Below the pieces are notes generated by a model, which was given only the letters and a program-made list of their open reading frames with translations, had not been told where the DNA came from and did not search any database. From assembly GCF_018350175.1 (NCBI RefSeq), contig NC_058368.1, positions 190,032,001 through 190,096,000 on the forward strand: a DNA stretch of 64,000 bases. The letters run 5' to 3'. This stretch comes from Felis catus (lineage: Eukaryota). Position 1 is the first letter of the stretch. Each line of letters starts with the position of its first letter. Below are positions 38,079 to 49,965 of the stretch, in pieces. The position numbers and the translations under genes are program-made.

Positions 38079-38993
38079 TATCTGTTGAAGGTTTGCTGTG
38101 TGCCAGATACTATGCTGAGTACATGGAACTTTTAATAAATGATACTGTATGATAATGGAAATGTGGAGAGAGCCACCCAATCTGGTCTTAGGAGGTCAAG
38201 GTGGTGTCCCAAGGGAAACTGTGCTTAAGCTGAGATCTGGAGAAATTATCCAGTTGAACAAGATAAGGATTTGTGCTGGTACGAGGGAGAGTAGATAGAT
38301 GAGTAGAGGAAAACTGGTGGGAAAAGCAGCTGATAACTTTGTTATAGTTCAAGTACAATGTTGGGGTACAGTGGAGAGGGAGCTACTGAGAAACAAACCT
38401 GGACAGTTGAGCAGGGGGACCAGATCATGAAAAGCCTTGAATGCATGACTAGGGGAATTTGGACTTTAGCTTGAGAGGAGTTTGGAAATTAGACATCAGT
38501 GGAGGCAAGGCTGAAAGCAGGGAGATCAGTTTCTTGGTGTCCAGGTGACAAAAGGATGGAGATATGATTTGGGGTAAATATATATGAGGGAGGATTGACA
38601 GGGCTTGGGAATTACTTGAATGCAGGAGTGAGGGAGAATGGGGAGTGGAGATGACACCAGGCTTCTGGCTGTAGCTCCTGGGTGCAGGGGGGTGGGTGGA
38701 GCATAAGGGGCAGGTTGCTCAGGTAAGGCTGTTGTCCTTGCAGTAAAGAGGACTTCCCAAGGCCAGCTCTCTGGCACAGATCTGCTTGGGGACAAGGATC
38801 TAATTTTCTATCGTTAGTCTAAGTTCACATGAGATCTCTCCTGCTGGGTCCCTAGGGCACACTCGTTGCTCCTCGGCCCCTCCCCTATCCACGCCTGCTC
38901 TCCTGAGCAATGAAAGATTGAAGCTCTTCTGTCCCCCAGTTCTTCCCCTCCTCTGATTCTACCTCCTTCCCTCCCCCTCTCTCTTGGGCTCAG

Positions 38994-39198
38994 AGATGCC
39001 AAGTGTGGGAAGATCCAGTGTCAAAGCTCTGAGGCCCGGCCCCTGGAGTCCAATGCAGTGCCCATCGACACCACTATCATCTTGAACGGGAGGCAGATCC
39101 GATGCCGGGGCACCCATGTCTACCGTGGTCCTGAGGAGGAGGGGGACATGCTGGACCCGGGCCTGGTGATGACCGGGACCAAGTGTGGCTACAACCAT
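38994..39198 (+). CDS. ADAM19: ADAM19 exon 16 (Cys-rich)
   Basis: ctcAG|a..cat|GTgagt; 205 nt; DAKCGKIQCQSSEARPLESNAVPIDTT...GTKCGYNH. Confidence 0.97.
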
Positions 39199-39938
39199 GT
39201 GAGTCCCAGTCTCACTCAAGGGAGAGGGGAGTGACTGAGAGATGTGAGCTCTGGAGGAAAGGTGCCTGGGCTCAAATCCCAGCTTCCCAGCCTCTCTGTG
39301 TCTCCATGGCTTCCATTATAAGACATGTCAGTAATAGCATGACCCACCCCAGAGAACTGTTGTAAGGATTAAATGAGATAATCCCTGTAAACCACTTAGA
39401 AGGGCTAGCTGTTATCACTTTTGTCCTCATCATGAATTATTATATGACTTAAGAAATGGACTAGACTCTAGTCCAGGAGCCTTGGGAAGATAAAGGCACC
39501 TATCTCAGAGTTAACTGAGAAGGAAATTAGAAAAAACATGTGAAGCATTTATTTGGTATAGCACAGAGTAGACTGCTGTCACCATCATTATTTTTAAGGA
39601 CAATATTAAAATTAATGCATATTAATATACACTTAAGTAACATATAACCAACATATTAATATAGAATGTAATAACATCTATTTGTTATATTAAATATAAT
39701 GTCTTAATAATATAATGTTTATTATTTTCTCCCTCATCACAAAATTAATAGCAGAATTTAGTTAACTATCATCCTGTCCTTGGTTTTGAGGTCATTTTCA
39801 ATTTTTCAGTGTAATAAATAACCTGAAGTGAGTTGCATTTTCGAGTCCCGTATGTCCTAAGTGTAAAACCCCCATCTCCTGATTGCTAACCAGTGTCCCT
39901 TCTATGGCACTGACAGTTTGGTTTCCTCCTCAATACAG

Positions 39939-40016
39939 ATTTGCTTCGAGGGGCAGTGCAGGAACACCTCCTTCTTTGAAACGGAAGGCTGTGGGAAGAA
40001 GTGCAATGGCCATGGG
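39939..40016 (+). CDS. ADAM19: ADAM19 exon 17 (Cys-rich/EGF-like)
   Basis: tacAG|att..ggg|GTgcgt; 78 nt; ICFEGQCRNTSFFETEGCGKKCNGHG. Confidence 0.96.
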
Positions 40017-40151
40017 GTGCGTGTGCCCCCGGGGGATTCCGGGGTTCCCCTGCACTGATGTCCACTGGGGCGGGGCGGGGGTGGGGGGCAGGCCCTAGGG
40101 GAGGCCGGACCTCTCCAGGGTGCTGACACCTGTGCCCTTCCCTCGCTTCAG

Positions 40152-40260
40152 GTTTGCAACAACAACCAGAACTGCCACTGCTTCCGAGGCTGGGCCCCAC
40201 CCTTCTGCAACACCCCCGGCCAGGGGGGCAGCATCGACAGTGGGCCCATGCCCCCTGAGA
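40152..40260 (+). CDS. ADAM19: ADAM19 exon 18 (EGF-like)
   Basis: ttcAG|gtt..a|GTgagt; 109 nt; [36 protein letters not shown]. Confidence 0.97.
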
Positions 40261-41325
40261 GTGAGTGCCTGGCCTGCTCAGAGCCTCTGCCCATTTTTGT
40301 GAGGTTGGGTGGGTGGCCTGTTGTAGAGAAAGAATGAGTCAGCTCCATTATCCTGATTTTGTAGACGAAGGAACACAAAAGAAGGGCCAAGTGGGAGAGT
40401 GGCTAAGGCTGGCAGCCTGCTGTGGGGCTCATGTCAGTTGCTCTTTCTCTCTCATTTCTACTGAGGAGGGCAACACTGCTTGGTTGTAAGAGAGATTGAG
40501 ACAGATCAGAGGTTACTGAATGATCTCATCTAGTTTTGGATAGTGGAGTGACAACCTGTCCTTCTCAGCCACATAAAAACAATCATGAACCTGGGGCACA
40601 TGATAATGGTTCAGATTCCCTGGATGAACAAGCTTCAAATGGAGAAACAGACAACCAGAAAAAATGTACTACAGTTTTTAGTGTAAACCACAGAGATTCT
40701 AGCCCTTTGGTTTCCAAGTTTTTTGTTTTTTTTTTTTTTAATACCAAAGTACTTTTGTGTGAACAAAATCTCTTACAGAAGAAACTCTAGTTTATAAAAC
40801 AGACAAAAGTAGTGTGTCTGTACATTTAAATTGTACATTTAAATGTACATTGTACATTTAAATTTGTAATTTGTGACAATTGAGGCAGCTTTGATAAAAC
40901 CAAATATGAAATTGTGGATTATCCATGAGACTTTTAGTCCTAGGTTGGTCTCAGCCTCTCAGCATTTGGGGTTGGTTGCTTTGTGTCCAGAAAAACCATG
41001 ATTCAGGCTAAAAGCTAGTGGTAAATAATAATAGAACTTGAACTCCTTGCCTCAAAAGGAACTTTTAAATTAAACAGAAGTGTCTGAAGAAGCTTCACTA
41101 TGAGGTCTGCACAAAGCAAGTTGACCTGGCTGTTTAAGCTAATATTAGCGGTTTTCTAGGGGTACATAATGTGTGTGTGTTTATTATACTTCGTAAGTTA
41201 AAATAAATAATACAAATTGGGTGCAAATAAAATATCTGAAGAAGAATCAGGAATACAGTGTTTGAATTCCACTGCTGCAGCCCAAATAGCTTCTAAATTT
41301 CTAATTTGGGTTCTCTTTCTGGAAG

Positions 41326-41470
41326 GTGCTGGTCCTGTGATAGCTGGAGTGTTCACGGCCATATTTGTGCTGGCATTCCTTATGCTGATGTACCACTACT
41401 GTAAACAGAACAACAAACTGGGCCAGCTCAAGCCTCTAGCCCTCCCTTCCAAGTTGAGGCAACAGTTCAG
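41326..41470 (+). CDS. ADAM19: ADAM19 exon 19 (transmembrane helix)
   Basis: ggaAG|gt..ag|GTatga; 145 nt; AGPVIAGVFTAIFVLAFLMLMYHYCKQNNK...LRQQF. Confidence 0.94.
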
Positions 41471-41831
41471 GTATGATGGGGTGCCATGAAGGACTTGGGT
41501 CCATTGATGGACCATAAAGCTTTCTGTAAGCAGAACCGGGTAAAAACAACTGGTGATAGTGGGTCTAAGTCAGGGAAGGCAAATGAACAGTACATGCCGC
41601 CATCTTCCCTTCTGCCTTGCTTCACCAATGTGGCAAACATTACTAATTGATCTTACTCTAAATATTCTCTACTGGTTGTCACTTCAGAATCCTTTTCATC
41701 AGACTGCCCCTAACCAGTTCAAGTTGAAATGTAAAATGAAATCTGTTTGCCATCTTTTTTGTAATTGATTTGATTTCCATTTTAAAGAGCAGAAAACTGA
41801 GGCAATACAGGTGGACTAACCTAAGTCAGGC

Positions 41832-41860
41832 GGGGGGGGGGGGGGGGGGGGATGGGGGGG
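41832..41860 (+). repeat. Poly-G tract (G20 AT G7)
   Basis: direct reading. Confidence 0.95.
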
Positions 41861-42303
41861 TGGCTGGATATCGACTCAAGACAAAGGCTTTCTTTTCCTC
41901 CCAGTGATTCATTCCTTTGGATCCTGGGGATGTGTACTTTTTGAGTCCCCTATTAAATTATACTTTTCATGGAAGGATTTAAAAATCCCAAGTCTTTCTG
42001 GATCTATGCCTGAAGGGAATTGGTTGATGGCTGGTGACATCCTTGTGTCTCCTTGAGGGAGCAAGTTCTTAAAAGGGTAAAGAGAAGGTGATGAGGAAAA
42101 CTCTGTTTTGTAAGGGGCAACTCTTTACGTGAGAGTTCTCCACTGGCCACACAGTGTCTCCATATGTAGGGAGTCTTCACTTCTCCAGAGAAGACTTGGG
42201 GAGATTTAGCTGCTTGCTGGACCATTCTGAGCCAGAGGGAACTCAGGCAGTGACCCTTGATGAACATTTCCCCTTTTCCTTCTCCCCCATTCCTTGTTAC
42301 CAG

Positions 42304-42388
42304 TTGTCCCTTCAGGGTGTCTCAGAACAGTGGAACTGGCCATGCTAACCCAACGTTTAAGTTGCAGACTCCCCAGGGCAAGCGAAAG
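42304..42388 (+). CDS. ADAM19: ADAM19 exon 20 (cytoplasmic)
   Basis: accAG|t..aag|GTaagg; 85 nt; CPFRVSQNSGTGHANPTFKLQTPQGKRK. Confidence 0.95.
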
Positions 42389-42709
42389 GTAAGGGCTCTG
42401 TACCATTGAATTTTGCCGCTTTTCCTTTATCCCTCAGTACCCTGCTGGATTTTCCTAAGGCTCTGTGGGCCTGTGGGATTGGTAAAAAAGCCAAACTTGG
42501 CTTGAGAGAGATTCAGTTGGTTCCGACATCCCCTAATGACTTTAAAGATTTGTACCTGACCTCTGGGAACCTGGAGATTTGGCAGGTCAGCATGTCCTTC
42601 CTTTGGTCTCTGGTCTTCTCAGTGAGACACACAGGGACACCCTTCCTTGAGTTTTTTCAGTATCTTGAGGGCTCCTGTTTCTCAGACATTCCTTGTCTTA
42701 TGCATACAG

Positions 42710-42934
42710 GTGACCAACACCCCTGAAACCCCACGGAAGCCCTCCCAACCTCCTCCTCGGCCCCCTCCAGACTATCTTCATGGTGGATCCCCACCTGCAC
42801 CATTGCCAACGCACCTCAGCAGGGCTGCTAGGAGCTCCCCAGGGGCCGGGTCCCAAGTAGAGAGGAAAGAGTCATCCAGGAGGCCTCCTCCCAGCCGGCC
42901 AGTTCCCCCGGCACCAAATTGCATCCTCTCCCAG
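42710..42934 (+). CDS. ADAM19: ADAM19 exon 21 (Pro-rich, SH3-ligand motifs)
   Basis: tacAG|gtg..cag|GTaagc; 225 nt; VTNTPETPRKPSQPPPRPPPDY...RPVPPAPNCILSQ. Confidence 0.94.
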
Positions 42935-44004
42935 GTAAGCAGATTCTCAGCAATGCTGTTTTCAAGGCCACTGGCAGCAAGGAATGACAGAGGCTGTGAA
43001 GATGGAGCTCACTGAGTCGTGAGCGGCCACTTCCCCTGCATCCTGGTGAATGCAGGGGCACACAGAGGGTGAGAGAGGTGACCTTGGGGAAGTTTACTCC
43101 CCAGGAAGCCCCTGAACTGCAGAGGATTTCCTTCCTGGTTGGCTTGTTTTCTGACACGCCACTACCTACCCAGTGCCCTCAATGAACTTCTTTCAGTTTG
43201 CTGTGCTTTTTCTCTCCTCTAGGCCTTTGGGAATGCTTTGTCTTCTGACTGGCACACTCTTTCCTCCTTTTGCATGGCCAGCCCTGTTCATCCTCAGATC
43301 TCCTCCTACTTGTCACTCCCCCCTCCCCAGAAGCCCTCTCTGACCCCCAAGCCTGAGTTTCGTGCCCCTGTACCTCTCTCATCACAGTACTTATTCCACC
43401 AAATTGAGTTTTCCACTAGTCGGGAAGTCTTACCGAAGGATGCTAATTCAAGGGCAGTCAGGGACAGAGGCCCCTGGAAGGTGTGAGTCATCCTGCCAGC
43501 AGCCTGTTCACCTGGCCTGTCTGTGCCTGTCTTGCAGGAGTTCCCACGGCATAGGCACAAATCTTTCCCAGGCAGTGTCCCAGCACGGTACCTTCCAGAG
43601 CTGTCCTGTGTGTTCTGGTGTGACCCTTCAAGTGGGGCAGAGGACCTGTTTATTTTCCTTCTGGGACTGCTTTCCTTGGGCTTCACTGGGACCCCGGCTG
43701 ACCCCATCTGTGGGTTTGGCACCAGCTCTGGGAGGTTCCCTGGGACACAGGGCAGGATCACGGTTCGGCAGAGTTGAGAGCATCAGGTTTGGGTCGCCAA
43801 TGATGTGAATCTGCCTGTCTCCCATTTTTCTCATCTGAGTCAAGGGTGGGATGGAAAATATCCATGCAGAAAGGGAGGGGAAGGACAGGCAGCAAGAGGA
43901 GAGGGAAGAAGGGAGAAGAGCAAGAGGTCAGAAATGACAAGCAGAGGCGGCAAGTGCATTCGTCAGCTGGAGAGACCCTGAGTCCCACTGACCCCCTGAG
44001 CAAG

Positions 44005-44312
44005 GGCTTAAACAGCAGAAAGTTATTTTCCCACAGTTCTGGAGGCTAGAAATCCCAAGATCAGGGTTCTGTAGGGTTGGTTGTTTCTGGTCTGCAGATG
44101 ACCCCCTTCTCCCATGCCCTCTATTGGTCCTTCCTTTGGGCCCCAATGTCCCTGTGTCCAAATTTCCTCTTCTCACAAGGACACCAGTCAGATTGGATTA
44201 GGTCCCATACTAACAGCTTCATTTTAACTTAATTGCCTCTTTAAAGTTCCTATTTCCAAATATAGTCACATTCTGAGGTCCTGGGGCTTACGGCTGCAAC
44301 ATATGAATTTGT
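44005..44312 (-). mobile_element. MLT1A-like MaLR LTR (partial)
   Basis: ggcttaaacagcagaaag...cacagttctggaggctagaa...aaggacaccagtcagattggattagg...tagtcacattctgaggt. Confidence 0.8.
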
Positions 44313-45432
44313 AAGTGGAAGAGCCAGGCTTCAAACCCGGGTCTGACTCCAAACCCTTCACCACCCTGTGTGCCAGGTCCTGGCTTAGGCCCTGGGATCC
44401 CCCGAGCTGAGGGGAACATCATCTTGTCTTGGGGGCATTCACAGTCCAGATCTCAGCTGCACCATTTCTAGCTAGGTAATCACTCTGGAGGTCTCTAGGG
44501 ACCACCCTTCGAGAGGTAGTGGTGAAACTTTGTAGCCTCCTCTATGCCCTACAAATATTTAGGAGCTTCTAATCTATACCAGGCCCTGGTGGGCAAAACA
44601 GATGCCATCTGTGCCTCCCAGGGCCCATATTCTGCTAGGGAAGGGACTCAGACATGTGTAGTTACAGTGGTGATCAATGCTATAAAGGAGAGGTCCAGGG
44701 TGCTCAGAAGGAATTACAGCAAGAGTTGATCTACTCTAAGAAATCTAGGAAAGTTTCCCTGAGGAGGTGACATTTGAAGTGAGAGCTGAAGGATGAGCAG
44801 GAGTTGGCAGACCGTGAGGGTTGAGAGAGGAGAGAGTTTTCCTGGTCCAAGAACCTGCTGATAGGAGGTTTTATGATGGCAGAGAGTCCCGCAGAAGAAA
44901 GGAGCATCAAGGTCATGGCTCTGGGGCCTGAGGAGTTAGATGAGGCTAGAGAATCAGGAGGGGCCAGACTGTGCCACAGGCTTTGGTCAAGGCTTTGCTC
45001 TGCATTCCATGGGAAGGGGGCAGTGGTGGGGGCATGGTGACATAATCCACTTTGCCGTTTACAAGGATTCCCTTTGGGCTACCTTTAGGGAGGAGGGGAG
45101 TGCAGTGCCTCGGAGGGGCCTGTAGATGCTTCTGGGGCTGTTAATCTTCTATTTCATGCCCCGGGTAGGGATTATAAAAGTGTGCTCCCTTTGTGATTAT
45201 TCATCTAGTTGTATATTTATGATTCACATTTTTGTATGTATATTACACTTCCACTTTACAAAACTGGTTTAAGAAAATGAAAGGTTTAATATTTAAAAAA
45301 ATTAAAAAAAAAATAAGACCATAAAGTATATCCTTTTTTTCTCAACTGATTTTGATCTGTAATATATCGGGAGCATTTTCTTTCAAACAGGCCCCTCCGG
45401 CCTTTGAGTAAGACTTGTGACTTTCTCCCCAG

Positions 45433-45585
45433 GATGTTTCTAGGCCGCGGCCGCCGCAGAAGGCACTGCCGGCTAACCCTGTGCCAGGCCGTAAGAGCCT
45501 CCCCAGGCCAGGTGGCGCCTCCATGCTGCGGCCCACTGCCACTACCCCTCTTCAGTCCCGGCCTCTGGCAGCACCTGTCCCAAAG
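45433..45585 (+). CDS. ADAM19: ADAM19 exon 22 (Pro-rich tail)
   Basis: cccAG|gat..aag|GTgagt; 153 nt; DVSRPRPPQKALPANPVPGRKSLPRP...APVPK. Confidence 0.94.
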
Positions 45586-46353
45586 GTGAGTCTGTGGAAA
45601 CCCTCAAGGTATAAGCTGGAGTCAGAGGGCTCCAAGAGGCAAGAATGTGGTTGAGAAAACAGACCAATTCATGCTCCTTTTTGCAGGGATGAATTTCCAG
45701 AGCAAAAGCCAAGGACCAAACCTTAGTGTTTCCTGGTGCCTGCATGACTATCCGTTAAATTAGGGTTAGAGTTTTTTTTCTTTCATATGAAAGGTGATGC
45801 TTAGGAGTCTGAACTGTGGTGCCTTCAAACCTGGATCTGCAACTGGCCAGCCGAATAGCCCTGAGCAAATCATTCTTGAGTCTCAGCTTCCTTCTCTGGA
45901 AAGAGGCAATAAGACGCAGCAGTAGTCTGCCCCATCAGGCTGCTGCGAAGGTCAAGGCAGTTAGTTTATATACACTGCTGGCTAGTGAAAGGCTATTTAC
46001 AAATGGCCCATCTTCTTCCCTCTCCCCTGGGGCTGACATGTTCTCAGGCTGCCAGTCCTGGAAGTTGGGGGAGAGGGGAGGAGGCGAGGAAGCTGGCCCA
46101 CTGCCCTCTGTTCCCACCAGGCCTGGGAAATGTGTAAACTGAACTGCAGCTCAGGTTGGGGGCACCACCTCACCTCTCACTGGAGGGTTGATAGTCTGGA
46201 CGCACAGGCACGGCGACACATTTCTACGGGAAACCACTCCTAGCTGACGGTCTATCCTCCTGACCTGTCAAAAGCAAGAGGACAGATCCCGTTGACCCCA
46301 TTGGTCAACATTTGGCTGATCTCTCTCTCCCTCCCCTTTCTTTGTTTCCACAG

Positions 46354-46407
46354 TTTCCTGAATACAGATCACAGAGGGCTGGGGGGATGATTGGCCCGAA
46401 GATCTAA
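46354..46407 (+). CDS. ADAM19: ADAM19 exon 23 coding part, with stop
   Basis: long pyrimidine tract, cacAG|ttt; FPEYRSQRAGGMIGPKI then TAA at 46405-46407. Confidence 0.93.
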   Translation, partial: FPEYRSQRAGGMIGPKI

Positions 46408-49214
46408 CCCCTCTAAAGGGGTTTCTGCCTTTCCTTGAGGACTCTGAACCCCACCTCATCCCAAAGGATCCGTGGCCATGGAACCTGGAAAAAGCATGTC
46501 TGGCCACCTCCAAGCTCCTCCTCCCCTCTTTCCTTCCTCCCAGAACCACCGCATCTCCAAAAATCTGCTTCTTGACTCAGTGCCTCCTTGGCTTCCTGGG
46601 AGGCCCAGAGAGACTACTGTCCAGTGGCATCAAAATGTTGTTTTGTGCAATATACTGCCCCAGGGAAGGGAGGAGAGAACACAGATGAAGACAAATGGAA
46701 GCTTCTCCTCCAACCTCCCTTGGGTTGGCCTGTCACCTCAGAGGTGCCAGTGGGGATGGTCTGGGCTGTATGACCATACAGGCCCAGCTGGGAAAAGTCC
46801 TGTTCAGCCCTTCAGCCCACGACTTGGCTTGGAGAAGCCATTCATCCACATCCTGTGGTGGAGGGAATACATGAGAGCTTTCCATTTCTTCTATCTCTCT
46901 TGAAGGTCCCAGGCTTGACAGAGGCTGGGCAGTTACTCATCCCTTTTAGCTCTAAGATTGAGAGGGGTCAGGCCAGCCTCCACCGTGGCCCTGTCCAGGG
47001 CCTGGTCGAGGCCACCACTCCTGGCTCTGTGGCCACATGTGAGCAAGTGAAGTCTGCTCCCCTCCCACCCCTCTAAACCCCCACCTCCCCTTATTCACAC
47101 GGGTCGCCCTGACTCCAACAGGTACTATTTGTGGGCAGTATAGACAGCAGAGGGAGCACCAGGCTTGGGCCTCCTCTGAGCCAATGCCAAAGGTTGTGGC
47201 TCTCACCTCGGGATCATTCTTGGTTGCCTTTTGTTTCCTTGTCTTAATAAGTGCCCGGCGCTTTTGATTTCTCCCTTCAGAAATTTCTCCTTCCCCACTC
47301 AGATCTACCTAAGGTGTGGTGCTGCGGTGAGTGGGTCTTCAGCAGTCCCAGCCTCCCAGAGACCTGGTGCTTGTGAGTTACAAGTGAGGGTCCTGCTGCA
47401 AGGGTTGGCTACTGGATTTCCTATGTGGTTCTCACGGCTCTTGACCAGAGGACACTCAGGCCATGGCTGTGGGGGTCGAAGCTTTTTTTTCCCATTGGGT
47501 TTTGTGACCTAGGCAGAGTGAGGGTGTCTTACCCTCTACTCCCTGGTGGAAATCTAAGTAAGGTCCTCAGGGAGGGCAGCAAAGGGGGCAGAACCCCAGC
47601 CTGTCCCTAGGTCTGGTTACTGATTGGAGTCACGGTTGTTGCCCTCTGAGCAAAGAGCTGACCTGTCCCTAGAGATCTGTAGAGAAGTAGCAGTCAGCAG
47701 TCTTGATGGAACAGAGTCAGAGCTGGAGCCACCAGGCTTTTTATCATCCACTTCCTCGTGTTCTTTCTTCTGGTCACTGCCTTTATCTGACTTTTATAGG
47801 AAGAACTCGGAGCAGCTGGGAAAATGCCACTGCATCGGGTACTGCCCTCCCCAGAGCAGGAAAGGAAGGCTTTGTGGTGCTCTGCTAAATTGGACAACTT
47901 GTCACTGGAGATGTTCTCTGGTGGCGGTCTCCACCCCCAGAAGGGTGCTGTGCTGTCCCCACCTCCTGCAGTGAGCCGTTGTTCACGCTTGAAAACCTCA
48001 ATACAAGGAAGAAGCTTGAGCTTTTACTCCCCAGCCACCAACCCAGGGCCCCCTTACAGTTCTCTGCACACAACAGGTGCTCGATATGTGTTCTCGGGTT
48101 TTAGACAAGTGGGAGATTTGGAATGTACCCCTGGGGACACACATGAGGTAGATTTAGAAAGATCTCAGGAAAATGAGTTTCCTTTCCCTCAGGTAGTCTG
48201 ATATTCATGCGTCTGTCTCCCAGACAAGGGCCCTGGTTGATCCCCATAGCCAGTTTCCACCTTCCTTGCTGCCTGATTAGGTCAGGGGACAGCCTTCCAT
48301 GTAATTGTGCTACTCCAAATGCCCCAGGCCTCAAGGTTGGGTCCCAGAAAAGTAAAGGTGAAAACACCCTGGCCAAAAAAAAAAAAAAAAAGTCACCCTT
48401 ATGCCCACCTGCATGCTTCACAGACGTTCCTGTGGTATGTCTAGCTTTTTTCCCACATACCAGGAGGTCGAAGGCTCTGAAGTGAAAATGCCATAGCCAT
48501 TGTGGCTGCATGAGCCTTTTGAACCTGAAATCCACTCTCCCTGGAGCCATACCAGAAAGAGTCCTGGGTTGTGTTTTCTTTTTTTTCTGTTTTTGTTTTC
48601 CGTTATTTTAATACCACCTCTATCCCATAAAATTGTACTGTGAACTGGAAGAAGGTCGAATTTTTTATATTTGATGGAGACTTTTGGCGGCCGGTTCTAT
48701 TTACTGTTTCACTTCTGGCTGTGTCCAGGGACTGGGAGTCACCGTATTGGCAGGCTGAGCAGGCTGCCCAAGAGTGAGACTGACCACTGCGTGCTCCCTT
48801 TTCCTTCCTGTGCCCCTGTGCTGCTTTGAGGTGACAAATAAAAACAAATATGGCCTTAGGTTAAAAGGGATTTTATTTGAAAGGATTACTGCAAGACAAG
48901 ACAAGGGAACTTGCATTCGGGGCAGGGTGCTGGCAGTGGGGGGAATGCTCAAGTGAGCTCTTGTAAGATCTGCAAGTATCTCAAAGCTCATAAAGGGGCC
49001 TTTTATTTGATAGGATGGAGTGGATGTGACTAGAAAGAACTGCAGTTGGAGCATCCTTGCACTCAGCCTCCTTGTGGGGGGCTGCTACAGAAGGGCCGTA
49101 GGTTGGCTCAGGCTGAGGGTGGGCCCAAGTTCAGAGTCTGGTGGGGAGACGAGCCTAGCTAAAGCTGGTGGAGTTAACCAGTCCTTTGTTCAGATGGAGC
49201 TGTATGGAAATCTT

Positions 49215-49565
49215 TTTAAAAGCTAACTTAACCTGCCAGTTTTACAGCCCTGTATATGTTTTTCTTAAGAACCTGGGAGCCATCTCTGAAAAGTAAACCT
49301 CAAGGGACCGCAAGGGAGCTAGCATCCCCATCCGCCTGTCTCAGTGGGAATTTTACCCAGGAACCGACTTGCTGCCGGTTGTTTTTAGCATTGTTTACTT
49401 CTCCCTGTAAAAGCCCTTTTCTGCCCCAGCTCTGAGATGCCTGCAGATCCTATAGTGTTGTGAGAGCCCCTTCTCCATACTGCAGTAGCTCCTCGCTGTC
49501 TCTTGCCATAATCCTTTTGAATAAAACCTCCTCTTACCTATGTCCAAATTTGTTCTTTTTTGGCA
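49215..49565 (+). mobile_element. ERV1-class LTR remnant (MER34/MER39-like) in ADAM19 3'UTR
   Basis: U5-like end ttgaataaaacctcctcttacc...tccaaatttgttcttttttggCA; 5' boundary and family uncertain. Confidence 0.55.
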
Positions 49566-49965
49566 AAGGGTATGGAAGACTTGTGTGATTTAAATGGGGG
49601 ACCAGCTCTAAAGTCAGGATTGTGTTAAATGTGTATATAACAGCTCTGCTGGCCACCCAAGAAAGCCAAGGGAACGCCAACTGGAAAGGTGCCCCATCCC
49701 TAGGGAAGCTTGCTAAGAGGGGTTCTGCAGAATCCAAGCCAGTGTCCCCAGAGCCACCCTTCTGCTCATCCTCTCACACCATCCGCTGTGTGTACGTCTG
49801 TGTCTGGGATCTAGGGCATGTGAATTTTCTTTTTATTTGGAGATTGTTCACGGAAAACAGATCCTCTTCTCTCTTGTCCACCTATTAATTGTTTACAATA
49901 TTTGTACATCTATGCAAAATACTTGAATGGGCCATGGTGCCTTTTTCCCCCCTTGTTTGTATTTA

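Noticed and set aside
40017..40151. Mirtron
   Set aside because: At 135 nt it is long for a canonical mirtron, and I could not see end-to-end pairing between the intron termini.
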